Positions 54,302-64,000 of a DNA stretch of 64,000 nucleotides are shown piece after piece. Under the pieces are notes generated by a model that saw only the letters and a program-made list of their open reading frames with translations, did not search any database and was not told the DNA's origin. The stretch lies in NCBI GenBank assembly GCA_905233745.1, contig CAJODA010000006.1, positions 5 through 64,004 of the forward strand, in the 5' to 3' direction. Position numbers and translations under genes: made by a program. The stretch comes from an uncultured Bacteroidales bacterium. GTDB lineage: Bacteria; Bacteroidota; Bacteroidia; Bacteroidales; WCHB1-69. Each line of letters starts with the position of its first letter. The stretch's first letter is position 1.

Positions 54302-54937
54302 ATGAAAAAATTATTTTCCATCCTCAGTTTAGCCGCATTCATATTTGCCGGCATTTCAGCAAACGCGCAAGTCGTAACTGCGCAAAAGTCAAATCCAAAT
54401 CATCCAGAGTGTTCGAGGGAGCACAGCCATAACAGTGGATCCCCCATCCTGACACCCAAGGCCATCAATATGCTCAAGGAAGAGTATTTAAAAAGCAACC
54501 TGAGCTTTCCGGAAAAGGAGCTGAATGCTTTCTGGAAATACTACAAGAGACTTGAGGACAACAAGCTGAAGGCCTGTGAGAACGCAAAAGCCGCCATGGA
54601 AAAAGCCGGTATTCCTACCGACCAATGCTGCAAGGAGGGCAAGCCTGCAAAGCTGACCGACGAGCAGAAAGTGAGTGCACACCAGATAATGTTGCAGAAG
54701 CATCAGGATATACTTTCAGCTGAGCAACAGTTCTTCAAAGAATTGTTGAAGAATTTCACCACAGAACAGGTTGCCCAATATCTGCAATTGGAAAAAGATT
54801 TTGAAAAAGAGCTCTCCGTCATCCAAGAAAAAGAAGAAAGAATGAGGTCTGGTGAAAATCGTAAAGAGGAGCCAAGCCCTGCCAAACGCGGAGAAAGTTT
54901 CCAAAAGAGAGAACCCCAGCCTATTAAGGTTCAATAA
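54302..54937 (+). CDS. Secreted Lys/Glu-rich helical protein, paralogue of 37878..38399
   Basis: Signal peptide MKKLFSILSLAAFIFAGISANAQ, with the layout shared with the 173-aa ORF at 37878. Confidence 0.6.
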   Translation: MKKLFSILSLAAFIFAGISANAQVVTAQKSNPNHPECSREHSHNSGSPILTPKAINMLKEEYLKSNLSFPEKELNAFWKYYKRLEDNKLKACENAKAAMEKAGIPTDQCCKEGKPAKLTDEQKVSAHQIMLQKHQDILSAEQQFFKELLKNFTTEQVAQYLQLEKDFEKELSVIQEKEERMRSGENRKEEPSPAKRGESFQKREPQPIKVQ

Positions 54938-54998
54938 GCGCCACAGTTCTGTAAAGGTATCCGGCAAGCCTCTGCAAATGCTTGTGGGTAAGAATGAT

Positions 54999-55037
54999 GA
55001 AAGGGTTCCGGCGCATGCCGGAACCCTTTCATTTTTG
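54999..55037 (+). terminator. Intrinsic terminator (14-bp perfect stem)
   Basis: GAAAGGGTTCCGGC-GCAT-GCCGGAACCCTTTC followed by ATTTTTG. It sits between the 54302 gene and the convergent tRNA. Confidence 0.8.
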
Positions 55038-55046
55038 CTTTTCGAG

Positions 55047-55130
55047 TGCCCAGGACAAGAGTCGAACTTGCACGGGAGTCCTCCCACTACCCCCTCAAAG
55101 TAGCGTGTCTACCAATTCCACCACCTGGGC
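55047..55130 (-). tRNA. tRNA-Leu (anticodon GAG)
   Basis: The minus-strand sequence GCCCAGGTGGTGGAATTGGTAGACACGCTACTTTGAGGGGGTAGTGGGAGGACTCCCGTGCAAGTTCGACTCTTGTCCTGGGCA folds as follows:
- A 7-bp acceptor stem GCCCAGG/CCTGGGC.
- An anticodon loop UUGAGGG.
- A long variable arm.
- A T-loop TTCGACT. Confidence 0.9.
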
Positions 55131-55144
55131 TCGTTTTGCGGCGG

Positions 55145-55152
55145 CAAAAATA
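55145..55152 (-). promoter_or_regulatory. -7 box (TATTTTTG on the minus strand) for tRNA-Leu
   Basis: Exact TAnnTTTG match, 14 nt upstream of the tRNA 5' end. Confidence 0.5.
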
Positions 55153-55215
55153 CACTTTTTTTTATTCGCCAAACTTTTTATGAAAAAAAAATAATGTTTT
55201 TTTCAAAAAAAATTG

Positions 55216-55223
55216 TACCTTTG
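55216..55223 (+). promoter_or_regulatory. -7 box TACCTTTG upstream of the glycogen-synthase-like gene
   Basis: Exact TAnnTTTG match, 23 nt upstream of the ATG at 55246. Confidence 0.45.
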
Positions 55224-55245
55224 CACGTGAAAAAATTTTGATAAA

Positions 55246-56067
55246 ATGGCGCAAAAGAAAGTACTATTCATCACCCCTGAGATATTTCCTTATTTCCCGG
55301 AAGGATACATTTCAAACATCTGCCGGTACCTGCCCCAAGGCATACAGGAGCGTGAGAATGAAATCCGCACGTTCATGCCCAAGTTCGGCTGTGTGAATGA
55401 ACACCGGCACATGCTTCACGAGGTGATTCGCCTTTCAGGCCAGAACATCATCATTGAAGACACGGACCATCCGTTGATTATCAAGGTGGCATCTCTGCAG
55501 AATGTTCGCATGCAAATTTACTTTATCGACAGCGAGGACTTTTTCAAAAGGAAAGGCCCCTACTACGACGAGGAGGGCAATTTCTACCCGGACAACGATT
55601 CGCGCGCCATCTTCTATGCCAAAGGTGTTGTGGAAACCGTTCGCAAACTGGGCTGGGAACCCGACATCATCCACTGCAGCGGCTGGATCTCCGCCCTGGT
55701 GCCTCTCTTCATCAAAACCCTCTACAAGGACAACCCGCTGTTCCAAGGCACCAAGATTGTTTACACCATCATGCCCGACCAGTTCAAGGAGAAATTCTCC
55801 ACCAACTTCGCCAAGAAGCTGCGCCTGACTGGCATTCCGAGCAAATGTCTCACCCATTTCCGCGCCCCCGGCTACGATCAAATCATCCAGCTCGCTGTAG
55901 ATTACTCCGATGCGGTCGCCCTCACCATTGACACCAAAAAGAAACTCCTCACTTACGTGGAACAATCCGGGAAACCAGTGCTGCAACATCCTGACGATGA
56001 TAACTACGTGGACATGTACGATGAATTTTACGATCAACTGCTCGCTGAATCTTCCGAAAACGAATAA
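55246..56067 (+). CDS. Short glycogen/starch-synthase-like protein (Glyco_transf_5 catalytic domain only)
   Basis: KVLFITPEIFPY...G.......LP....E...EIR.FMPKFG.....R..LHEVIRLSG and HCSGWISALVPLFIKTLYKDNPLF. The 273-aa form is typical of Bacteroidetes. Confidence 0.7.
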   Translation: MAQKKVLFITPEIFPYFPEGYISNICRYLPQGIQERENEIRTFMPKFGCVNEHRHMLHEVIRLSGQNIIIEDTDHPLIIKVASLQNVRMQIYFIDSEDFFKRKGPYYDEEGNFYPDNDSRAIFYAKGVVETVRKLGWEPDIIHCSGWISALVPLFIKTLYKDNPLFQGTKIVYTIMPDQFKEKFSTNFAKKLRLTGIPSKCLTHFRAPGYDQIIQLAVDYSDAVALTIDTKKKLLTYVEQSGKPVLQHPDDDNYVDMYDEFYDQLLAESSENE

Positions 56068-56071
56068 CCAT

Positions 56072-57388
56072 ATGAACAAACATTTCATTCCCCTTATTCT
56101 AGCCACTCTGCTAGGCTTTTTCGCATCATGCCAGCATGGAATATCCTCTATCGGATTGGGATTGGTTGACGAAGTGGGCACTGATTTCTCTGATACGACC
56201 ACCCTTGTGGCATATTCCGTTATGGAAGACACTATCGTTACCACCAATTTGTCAGCCAATATTCTCGGAAACATCCACGACCCCATTTTTGGAGACAGCC
56301 GCGCCACCATTTACTCCCAATTCGCGCTGAGCGGCTCATCTGTCAACTTTGGCGAGAATCCTGTAGTGGACTCCGTTGTCCTGACCCTGCAAATCTCCTC
56401 CTACTACGGCGACACCAACTCCAGCGTGGGCATCCGCGTTTACCGCATCAACGAAGATCTCTCCTCTGAAAACAAATACTACCAAAACAGTACGGTAAAC
56501 TACGACCCCACTCCCCTGAACTACAGCCTTACCAGCTACACTATCCGTCCCCAAACGCCCGTCATCGTGGACACCAACTCTTTCAACCCTCACGTACGAG
56601 TACGACTGTCGCAGGCATTCGGCCAGTATCTGCTAGACCATCAGTCCAGCATGAGCAGTAACAGCACGTTCCAACAGTTTTTCAAAGGGCTCTGCATTGA
56701 CGCCATATCCCATACCGGCAATACAGGCTACATGTTCATGACCAACATGACCAGCTCACTGACCGCCATTTCCTTATATTACCACAACGCTTCCGGCACA
56801 CACTCCAAATATGATTTCTCGTGCAACACCGAATGCGTCAGATTCACCGGTATTGTCCATGACTACAGCAGATCCAGCAATTCCGATTTCATCCAAGAAG
56901 TGGTTTCCGGCCAGCAGGAAGTAGGCAAGAACACCCTCTTCGTCCAAGCTACCGGCGGCGTGAAAACGCACATCACCTTCCCATATCTGCAAGACGCATT
57001 CAAAAGTCTCAACAACCGCGTGGTCATCAACAAAGCCGAACTGGTCATCACCAACGTCTCCCCGAACGAAGAGTTTCTTGTCCACCCCTCTTCCCTGAGC
57101 ATTCAAGGCATCAAAGCCGACGATGGGAGCATCATGTATCTTCCGGATGATGAATACTATACCAGTTCCTCCTACTTTGGAGGCACTTACGATATAAACA
57201 AGCATGAGTACCGCTTCCGTATCACCGAATACGTACAACAACTCATACTTCGCAACACTGATCTTTCAAATTCCATAAATCTGGTTGTGAAAGGCTCGGG
57301 CGTTCGGGCCAGCCGCCTTATGTTCGGCGGTCCGGATCTTACCGACAACAAGCGCCTCCGACTCGAGCTTTCCTATACGAGCTATTAG
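56072..57388 (+). CDS. DUF4270-like lipoprotein
   Basis: Trimmed to MNKHFIPLILATLLGFFASC (lipobox) at 56072. It keeps the conserved position after the short glycogen-synthase-like gene. Confidence 0.6.
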   Translation: MNKHFIPLILATLLGFFASCQHGISSIGLGLVDEVGTDFSDTTTLVAYSVMEDTIVTTNLSANILGNIHDPIFGDSRATIYSQFALSGSSVNFGENPVVDSVVLTLQISSYYGDTNSSVGIRVYRINEDLSSENKYYQNSTVNYDPTPLNYSLTSYTIRPQTPVIVDTNSFNPHVRVRLSQAFGQYLLDHQSSMSSNSTFQQFFKGLCIDAISHTGNTGYMFMTNMTSSLTAISLYYHNASGTHSKYDFSCNTECVRFTGIVHDYSRSSNSDFIQEVVSGQQEVGKNTLFVQATGGVKTHITFPYLQDAFKSLNNRVVINKAELVITNVSPNEEFLVHPSSLSIQGIKADDGSIMYLPDDEYYTSSSYFGGTYDINKHEYRFRITEYVQQLILRNTDLSNSINLVVKGSGVRASRLMFGGPDLTDNKRLRLELSYTSY

Positions 57389-57424
57389 GGTGAACGGTGA
57401 ACGGTAAACGGTGAAGACAAGGTC

Positions 57425-58066
57425 ATGGCAGACAATTTCTTAGAAAGTAGATTTGATGATTTTCGCAAAGCGAAAAAGCAGACTGTCATCCGCCAGACGG
57501 GGCACTCTTTGAACACTTTGCTGATCAAAAACCGCAGCTATCGTGGCTACGATCCAACCAGAGTGGTTAGTATAGAGACTCTAAGGATGATTGTGGGGGT
57601 GAACAACAAAATACCTTCCGCACGCAACCAGCAGGTTTTGCGCTTCAAGCTGGTCACCCGTGACAGCGGCTCCTCTGAAGTGCTTCAACATATCAAGTTA
57701 GGAGGCGCACTTCCGGAGTTGCATTTGCCTTTCCCGGGCACAGAGCCCGAAGCCTTCATCATTGTTTGCACCACTGTCCCCGAAAACCGAATGGTGGATA
57801 TTGACGCCGGCATATCCGTTCAAAGCATGCTGCTAAAGGCTGTAGAAATGGGGCTCAACGGCATCATCATCGGGGCATTCAACAAAGAGGCAATCATCAA
57901 GGCATTTGAACTCCCTTACGAGCCCCTGCTCATTATTGCCATCGGCCAAGGGAACGAATGCATCCGGCTGGCTGAAATAGGCGAAAACGACGACCATAAA
58001 TACTATCGACGCGAGGGCACGCACTACGTCCCAAAAGTAAAAACAGATGATTTGATTATACCCTGA
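57425..58066 (+). CDS. Nitroreductase family protein
   Basis: LIKNRSYRGYD......ETLR.IV......PSARNQQVLRF and the C-terminal pattern GISVQSMLLKAVEMGLNG.IIGAF. Confidence 0.75.
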   Translation: MADNFLESRFDDFRKAKKQTVIRQTGHSLNTLLIKNRSYRGYDPTRVVSIETLRMIVGVNNKIPSARNQQVLRFKLVTRDSGSSEVLQHIKLGGALPELHLPFPGTEPEAFIIVCTTVPENRMVDIDAGISVQSMLLKAVEMGLNGIIIGAFNKEAIIKAFELPYEPLLIIAIGQGNECIRLAEIGENDDHKYYRREGTHYVPKVKTDDLIIP

Positions 58067-58081
58067 CAAGGGGTGAAAGAC

Positions 58082-59854
58082 CTAATCTTTCATGATGCAA
58101 GGGCGGATATCCTTTACATTCAATTGGATATTCACCACATTATTCCACACATTTTCCTCCACATGATACAGGACATCAAAAGGCTTGTTGTTCTGAATCA
58201 TCTCCAGCTTGTCTTTCTGGTTGAAAGCAATCACATCTATAGGATGAACAGGGCGGTCAGGATATTGCACCCTGGCCTTCAAATGCTTGTCACCAACAAT
58301 GCGGGCCGCACCTTCGTCCACCACACAGTCCGACTGGAAAATAGGTTCCATATTCCCGGGTCCAAAGGGGGCGAAACGCTTCAGATTGTTCAGGAAACTG
58401 TGCGTGATTTCCGATAAGTCAAGCGACATATCGACGGAAATCTCCGGCACGAAGGAAGATTCCTCCAAATTATCGCTGACGTACTGCTCGAACTTTTCAA
58501 TAAACTCTTCAAGATTCTCCTCCTTCATGGAGAGGCCTGCGGCAAATTTATGGCCGCCAAAGTGCTCCAGCAAATCGGAACAATAATCAATACCATCGTA
58601 GATATTGAACTCTTTCACAGAGCGGGCGGAACCCGTAATCAGGCCGTCGGAGGACTTTGTCAAAACAATAGTCGGCTTATAGAAGACCTCAACCAGTCGG
58701 GAGGCCACAATTCCGATAATTCCCTTGAACCAGTTGGGATTATAAATCACAATACTCTTCCGGTTAACATACTCGTGCGACGTACGGATAGTGTGAATAG
58801 CCTCCTCGGTTGCGTTCCTGTCCTGCTCTTTCCGCTCCTCGTTGAGGTTATTGATACGTTTGCCAATATCTTCCGACTTGTTCTCATCCTCGCTGATGAA
58901 AAGGCGCACGGACTCACGCCCGCTCTTCATCCGGCCGGCGGCATTGATACGCGGGCCAACGTAGAAAACAAGGTCCGAAATGGAAATAACGCGGGAGAAG
59001 ATGGTCTCTTCCTTGAAAGGATAATGCAGCTTGATGCCGGCCTGGTCAAGAATGGATTTGATTCCGACACGAGGAAACTTGTTGATAATCTCAAGTCCGA
59101 AGTGGGCCAAGATTCTATTCTCACCGGTAATAGCCACGATGTCTGAAGCGATGCTGATGGCCACAAGGTCCATGCGAGATAGCCATAGCTGGTCGGGGAG
59201 CTTATATTTCTGGCAATAGCCCTGTATCAGTTTAAAGCCCACACCGCATCCGGAGAGTTCCTTGTATGGATAGGGGCAATCTTTGCGCTTGGGATCAAGA
59301 ATAGCCACTGCCGTGGGCAGTTCGTCACCCTCCAGATGGTGGTCACAGACAATCACATCGATGCCATACTTGTTAGCCAGTTCCACCTTGTCATTGGCCT
59401 TTATACCGCAGTCGAGGGAAATAAGCAGGTTTATGTTGTTATCACGGCAATACTCAACACCTTGGTCGGAAATGCCATAGCCTTCCGAATAGCGGTCAGG
59501 GATGTAGTATTCAACAAGATTTTTGGAGTCAGACCCGATGATTTCGCAGAGGAAGGAGTAAAGGAGGGCAACGGCCGAGGTGCCATCTACATCATAGTCA
59601 CCATAAACCAGGATTTTCTGATTGTCAATAATGGCATCGGACAGGCGTTTCACAGCCTTATCCATATCTTTCATCAAGAAGGGGTTATGCAACTTGCTAA
59701 TGTCGGGGTTGAAGAAATCAGCTGCGGCATCAGGGGTGGTAATGCCTCTCTGAATCAACAGAGCTGCCAAAGGTTTTTCGATAGAGAGTTGGGCTGCTAA
59801 TCTCTCCACTGCCGCCCTATCGGGAAGTTCGTTGCATATCCACCGTTTAGTCAT
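58082..59854 (-). CDS. recJ: Single-stranded-DNA-specific exonuclease RecJ
   Basis: DHH motifs (ILVYGDYDVDGTSAVALL, LISLDCG, VIVCDHH) and the DHHA1 block GGHKFAAG. The start was trimmed to MTKRW at 59854. Confidence 0.9.
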   Translation of the reverse strand: MTKRWICNELPDRAAVERLAAQLSIEKPLAALLIQRGITTPDAAADFFNPDISKLHNPFLMKDMDKAVKRLSDAIIDNQKILVYGDYDVDGTSAVALLYSFLCEIIGSDSKNLVEYYIPDRYSEGYGISDQGVEYCRDNNINLLISLDCGIKANDKVELANKYGIDVIVCDHHLEGDELPTAVAILDPKRKDCPYPYKELSGCGVGFKLIQGYCQKYKLPDQLWLSRMDLVAISIASDIVAITGENRILAHFGLEIINKFPRVGIKSILDQAGIKLHYPFKEETIFSRVISISDLVFYVGPRINAAGRMKSGRESVRLFISEDENKSEDIGKRINNLNEERKEQDRNATEEAIHTIRTSHEYVNRKSIVIYNPNWFKGIIGIVASRLVEVFYKPTIVLTKSSDGLITGSARSVKEFNIYDGIDYCSDLLEHFGGHKFAAGLSMKEENLEEFIEKFEQYVSDNLEESSFVPEISVDMSLDLSEITHSFLNNLKRFAPFGPGNMEPIFQSDCVVDEGAARIVGDKHLKARVQYPDRPVHPIDVIAFNQKDKLEMIQNNKPFDVLYHVEENVWNNVVNIQLNVKDIRPCIMKD

Positions 59855-59929
59855 AATTGTAAAAATTTTTGCCAGCGGCAAAGATAAACAATAAAATCCA
59901 GATATGCAAGTATAAAATTAAACAAAAAA

Positions 59930-61378
59930 TTACAATTTCATTTTCATATCAATATCATCGACATAAATCTTCATTTTCTTGTCGGTTTCATAGAGATTAT
60001 TGACCGTACGGCAGGCGTGCAGGACCGTGGCATGGTCCTTGTTGCCGCAGTAGGCGCCGATGACAGACAAGGGGAGCTTGGTGTATTTCCGTGCGAAGTA
60101 CATGCTGAGCTGGCGGGCCTGCACGATTTCGCGCTTGCGGGTTTTGGCATTGATGGCGTCGGTGGAAATCTTGAAATAATCGCAGATGATTTTCTGGATA
60201 TACTCAATGGATATCTCCTTGGCGTTGGTTTTCACATATTTGTCCACCATCTCCTTGGCCAGATCCACCGTGATGGCTTTATGGTTCAGGGAGGCTTGTG
60301 CCAGGATGGCAATCATAGCGCCCTCCAGCTCGCGGGTGTTGGAGGTGATGCACAAGGCAAGATAGTCAACCACCTCCTTAGGGAAGGTGATACCGTTGTT
60401 CTCCAGCTTCTTGTTGATGATGGCGATACGGGTTTCCAAATCAGGCACCTGAAGATCTGCCGTCAGACCCCACTTGAAACGGTTCAACAGGCGCGGCTCA
60501 AAGCCGGAGATCTCAACCGGAGACTTGTCGGAGGTGATGATAATCTGTTTCCCCTTCTGATGCAACGAGTTGAAAATGTGGAAAAAGGCCTCCTGCGTCT
60601 TGGCTTTGCCACCGGAAATAAACTGGATATCATCAATAATCAACATATCCACCGACTGGTAAAACCAAATGAAGTCGGGCACATTCTTGTTCTTGATAGC
60701 CTCAATATACTGCTGGTAAAAGGTGTCGGAACTGACATAGACGACCGTCTTATCCGGATAGTTAATCTTAGTCTGGATGCCGATGGCATTCACCAGGTGT
60801 GTTTTCCCCAATCCCACTTCAGAATAGATAAACAGGGGGTTGAATGAGGTTTGGCCGGGAGCCTGGGCGATAGCCCAGCCCGCAGAACGGGCCAGACGGT
60901 TACAGTCTCCCTCAACATAATTGTCGAACGTCAGGGTGTCAATCAGGTTTGAGGGGATCTTATGCTTCTGGATACCGGGAAGGACAAAGGGGTCAGGAAT
61001 CTCCTTATTGGAAGTGTTGTACACATCTATGGGAGCCAGTGTGGGAGGATTACTCACAGCCGGACGGTGGTGGGATGGCAACGTGATCGTTTTCGCCTTC
61101 TGCGGATCCTCCTGCTTCTCCATGAGAATGCGGTACTTGAGCTTACCCGACTGCCCAAGCTCCTTACGAATGACACTCTTCAAGACTTTCACATAGTGCT
61201 CTTCCAGAAACTCGTAGTAAAGATGACTCGGCAACTGCAGAATCAACGTATTATCCTCCAACGAAACCGGCACAATAGGTGCGAACCACGTTTCGTAGGC
61301 CTCCTTTCCAACAATATCAGCAATGATTTGCAGACAATTCTGCCAAATCTGGGTATAATCTCGGGTAATCTTATCCAT
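59930..61378 (-). CDS. dnaA: Chromosomal replication initiator DnaA
   Basis: Walker A GLGKTHL, box VII/sensor regions, and the C-terminal DNA-binding helix-turn-helix (REIVQARQLSMYFARKYTKLPLSVIGAYCGNKDHATVLHACRTV). Confidence 0.95.
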   Translation of the reverse strand: MDKITRDYTQIWQNCLQIIADIVGKEAYETWFAPIVPVSLEDNTLILQLPSHLYYEFLEEHYVKVLKSVIRKELGQSGKLKYRILMEKQEDPQKAKTITLPSHHRPAVSNPPTLAPIDVYNTSNKEIPDPFVLPGIQKHKIPSNLIDTLTFDNYVEGDCNRLARSAGWAIAQAPGQTSFNPLFIYSEVGLGKTHLVNAIGIQTKINYPDKTVVYVSSDTFYQQYIEAIKNKNVPDFIWFYQSVDMLIIDDIQFISGGKAKTQEAFFHIFNSLHQKGKQIIITSDKSPVEISGFEPRLLNRFKWGLTADLQVPDLETRIAIINKKLENNGITFPKEVVDYLALCITSNTRELEGAMIAILAQASLNHKAITVDLAKEMVDKYVKTNAKEISIEYIQKIICDYFKISTDAINAKTRKREIVQARQLSMYFARKYTKLPLSVIGAYCGNKDHATVLHACRTVNNLYETDKKMKIYVDDIDMKMKL

Positions 61379-61566
61379 AAGCAGGCAATAAAAAAATATA
61401 TTTGACTATCTGAGAGGATATTAACAATTTCCTCTCACACGTTTTTTCCGACTGCAAAAATGAACAAAAAAAAGTGAAAAAAACAGGGTTCACACCCTTG
61501 ATTTTTAAAAAAAATAGTGTATAGATTTGACTTCTATCGAAATAGATTATGCTATAGCAAAACGGT

Positions 61567-62280
61567 CTAATTCAATACATTAGAGTAATCCGAGTACTTT
61601 CCGACATCGCACCAATCGTCTTGTTGATGCCAGAAACCTTTAATGTTCATTTTTCCGACTTGTCCGACATAGAACGGGACCAGCGAGAACTTCTCCACAG
61701 AGGGTATTTTGTTAATAACTTTCCTGTCAATTAAGTGTATTCCACTGAACGCTAGCGGCATCGGGGTTTCGATGTTTCCGGGGAGAATCAGCTGGCCTGT
61801 CTGGACATTTTTCCACCCACACAAGGAGAGGTCCGAGGGGTCAAAAAGGAGGTACCGGGATGTTTTGCGATCCCTGACCGCAAGGGTGACCTCCGCCCCA
61901 GTATTCCTGTGGTATTCCATCATGGACGGAATGTCAATAGTGGACAGAATATCCACATTATAGAGCAAAACGCTGTCACTATCGCCCAGCAACGGCTCCG
62001 CGAACCTGAGTCCGCCTGCCGTGTCACGCAGATAGGCACGTTCATCCGACACCCGCACCTCCGCCTCCTTGGGATGACTTTTCAGAAAGTTGATTATCTG
62101 GTCCGGAAAATGGTGCACGTTGACCACAATATAGTGAATTCCAGCTGCGATGATCTTGTCAAGGACGTGCTCCAGCAGGGTCTTGCCCTCATAACAAACC
62201 AGCGCCTTGGGACGCGAATCCGTCAAGGGACGCAATCGGGTTCCTAAACCTGCAGCAAATATTAAGGCTGAAGTGGACAT
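61567..62280 (-). CDS. Sugar-phosphate nucleotidyltransferase family protein (MurU/GlmU-N-like)
   Basis: ALIFAAGLGTRLRPLTDSRPKALV is the canonical NTP-transferase G-loop. Confidence 0.75.
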   Translation of the reverse strand: MSTSALIFAAGLGTRLRPLTDSRPKALVCYEGKTLLEHVLDKIIAAGIHYIVVNVHHFPDQIINFLKSHPKEAEVRVSDERAYLRDTAGGLRFAEPLLGDSDSVLLYNVDILSTIDIPSMMEYHRNTGAEVTLAVRDRKTSRYLLFDPSDLSLCGWKNVQTGQLILPGNIETPMPLAFSGIHLIDRKVINKIPSVEKFSLVPFYVGQVGKMNIKGFWHQQDDWCDVGKYSDYSNVLN

Positions 62281-62381
62281 ATTACAAGTTCAAAGTTTAA
62301 AGTTCAAAAAAACACTCATTCTATATTATCTCATGTATCCCATGCACCCATTTCACCTCATGTACCTCATGAGCCTCCTCT

Positions 62382-63032
62382 TCACCGTATGCTTACGCGT
62401 TCTTTGAGCATAGGGACGAAAAGAAAATCCCCGAAGGTCTCCTCCTCATAATGTTCATCATCGATTTTCCGGATTCTTTTCATCGTGTGGGACTCGTCGC
62501 CGACGGGAATCACCATGATGCCGCCGGGGAACAGTTGCTTCAGCAGTGCGTCGGGCACCGAGGGTGCGCCGCAGGTTACGATGATCTTGGAATAGGGCGC
62601 AAATCTGGGATAGCCCTGAAAGCCATCTCCGTAATATAAGACGATACGGTCATCCAGTTGTTCTAACAGACGCTTAGCGCTCAGGTGGAGCTGCTGCTGG
62701 CGCTCGACGGAGAACACGCGCGCGCCCATGGCACTTAGGATAGCCGCCTGGAAACCCGAGCCGGTACCCACTTCCAATATTTTCTCTCCTTCCCGGACAT
62801 CAAGCAATTGGGTTTGGAAAGCGACCGTATAGGGATGGGAGATAGTCTGACCATTCATCAGTTTCAGCGCCTTATTCTCGTATGCCTTGTCCCAAAGAAA
62901 AGACTCCACAAAACGATGTCTCTCCACCTTATCAAAAGCCTTCAGGACGTTCTCGTCCGTGATACCCTTCTGGCGAAGTTCCTCAATAAGTTTCTTTTTA
63001 GCTCCTAACAAGAGATAGTTGTCGGTCATCAT
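62382..63032 (-). CDS. pcm: Protein-L-isoaspartate O-methyltransferase
   Basis: GQTISHPYTVAFQTQLL, the SAM motif ILEVGTGSGFQAAILS, and PQALLKQL-type ending PDALLKQLFPGGIMVIPVG. Confidence 0.9.
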   Translation of the reverse strand: MMTDNYLLLGAKKKLIEELRQKGITDENVLKAFDKVERHRFVESFLWDKAYENKALKLMNGQTISHPYTVAFQTQLLDVREGEKILEVGTGSGFQAAILSAMGARVFSVERQQQLHLSAKRLLEQLDDRIVLYYGDGFQGYPRFAPYSKIIVTCGAPSVPDALLKQLFPGGIMVIPVGDESHTMKRIRKIDDEHYEEETFGDFLFVPMLKERVSIR

Positions 63033-63096
63033 GAATCACGTTTTGGAGTGACAAAAATAAATAAAAAAGCAAATTACCAGTAATACTTTTAGTCCG

Positions 63097-63104
63097 CAAA
63101 GATA
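63097..63104 (-). promoter_or_regulatory. -7 box (TATCTTTG on the minus strand) for pcm
   Basis: Exact TAnnTTTG match, 65 nt upstream of the ATG at 63032. Confidence 0.4.
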
Positions 63105-63138
63105 AAAAAAATGGCGACAGCACTTTGCGTCTGTCGCC
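63104..63138 (-). terminator. Intrinsic terminator of clpB
   Basis: On the minus strand: GGCGACAG-ACGCAAAGTG-CTGTCGCC followed by ATTTTTTT. Confidence 0.7.
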
Positions 63139-63158
63139 AATAATATTCACATTCTCTC

Positions 63159-64000
63159 TTACTTCTTATAGAAGACGAACTTGCCGTCCTCCACCGAATC
63201 CACCATGATGGTGCAGTCGCGTTCGATGTCCTCCGCAAGAATGATCTTGGAGAGCTCGTTCAGAATCCGTTTCTGGATGACCCGCTTGAGCGGACGCGCC
63301 CCATAGACGGGGTCGTAGCCCAATTGCAGCAGCAAATCCAAAGCGTACCGACTGAACTCCAACTTGATGTTACGAGGCTCCAGCAAATCACCGAGCTGCG
63401 ATATCTGCAAATCGATAATCGATCTGATTTCACGTTTTGAAAGCGGCTGGAACATCACAATCTCGTCAATACGGTTCAGGAACTCCGGTTTCAACGTCTT
63501 CTTGAGCAGATCGCCAACCTCTGCTTTCGTACGCTCAAACACCTCTATGTCGGAGAAGTTAGCCCTGTCGGCATAGTTGTCCTGGATAATATTGGAGCCC
63601 AGGTTGGAGGTCATGATGATGATGGTGTTCTTGAAGTCGGCCACCCTACCTTTGTTGTCGGTGAGTCGACCATCGTCAAGCACTTGCAACAGGACATTGA
63701 ACACATCGGGATGCGCTTTCTCAATCTCATCAAACAGGATGACAGAATAGGGTTTGCGGCGCACCTTTTCGGTAAGCTGGCCACCCTCATCATACCCCAC
63801 ATAGCCCGGGGGTGAGCCGATGAGTCGGGAAACAGAATAGGATTCCTGGAATTCGCTCATATCGAAGCGAATCATGGCATCTTCCGTATTGAACAGATAC
63901 TCGGCAAGCGCCTTGGCCAACTCCGTTTTACCCACACCTGTGGTGCCCATGAAGATGAACGAGCCGATGGGGCGTCTGGCGTCCTGCAGGCCGGCACGGC
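63159..64000 (-). CDS. clpB: ClpB disaggregase, C-terminal part (the 5' end lies outside the window)
   Basis: The second AAA+ module is present: [19 protein letters not shown]-type Walker A ([19 protein letters not shown]), [28 protein letters not shown], and sensor 2 [11 protein letters not shown]. The ORF stays open to position 64000. Confidence 0.92.
   Translation of the reverse strand, partial: RAGLQDARRPIGSFIFMGTTGVGKTELAKALAEYLFNTEDAMIRFDMSEFQESYSVSRLIGSPPGYVGYDEGGQLTEKVRRKPYSVILFDEIEKAHPDVFNVLLQVLDDGRLTDNKGRVADFKNTIIIMTSNLGSNIIQDNYADRANFSDIEVFERTKAEVGDLLKKTLKPEFLNRIDEIVMFQPLSKREIRSIIDLQISQLGDLLEPRNIKLEFSRYALDLLLQLGYDPVYGARPLKRVIQKRILNELSKIILAEDIERDCTIMVDSVEDGKFVFYKK

Noticed and set aside
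59882-61566. oriC next to dnaA
   Set aside because: The flanking intergenic regions are AT-rich, but I found no clear TTATCCACA-type DnaA boxes by eye, only 5/9 matches. The origin cannot be called here and may lie elsewhere. A genome-wide GC-skew plot and a DnaA-box scan would be needed.

Overview
This is a chromosomal segment from a Bacteroidota genome, most likely Bacteroidales; I cannot assign a genus. All family assignments come from reading the supplied translations and the DNA by eye. No searches were run.

Support for the phylum call:
- Many genes are preceded by the Bacteroidetes -7 promoter box TAnnTTTG.
- A complete type IX secretion (T9SS) core operon, porP-porK-porL-porM-porN, lies at 26.3-32.2 kb on the minus strand.
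- At least four T9SS cargo genes are present. Two carry type A C-terminal sorting domains (CTDs) and two carry type B CTDs.

Housekeeping content:
- rpsL-rpsG-fusA-rpsJ, recQ, recJ, dnaA, clpB (partial), pcm, mpg, hldD, tnaA, msrC and tRNA-Leu(GAG).
- A split-transketolase C-terminal subunit, two ECF sigma modules, a TonB-dependent receptor with a DUF4249-like partner, and a small flippase plus glycosyltransferase pair.

Regions worth a second look:
1. 47.96-49.68 kb: a cobalamin riboswitch sits in front of a stand-alone T9SS-secreted protein with a DUF4430/transcobalamin-like domain.
2. 12.0-16.8 kb: a translationally coupled operon encodes an ECF sigma factor, a membrane-anchored anti-sigma-like protein ending in a T9SS type B CTD, an M16 homologue with a degenerate zinc motif, and a second type B cargo.
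3. 8.65-11.35 kb: an accessory islet lies between a 2079-aa adhesin-like protein and mpg.
   - It holds a ~480-bp imperfect palindrome built from covarying GC-rich hairpins, and ~140-bp direct repeats.
   - It also holds a split Rpn-family PD-(D/E)XK gene, an orphan 148-aa ORF and a candidate convergent small RNA.
4. A HepT/MntA toxin-antitoxin pair (1.39-2.02 kb) and a frameshifted paralogue of the adhesin (16.8-18.3 kb).

No CRISPR array, rRNA gene, recognisable IS element or integrase is present.
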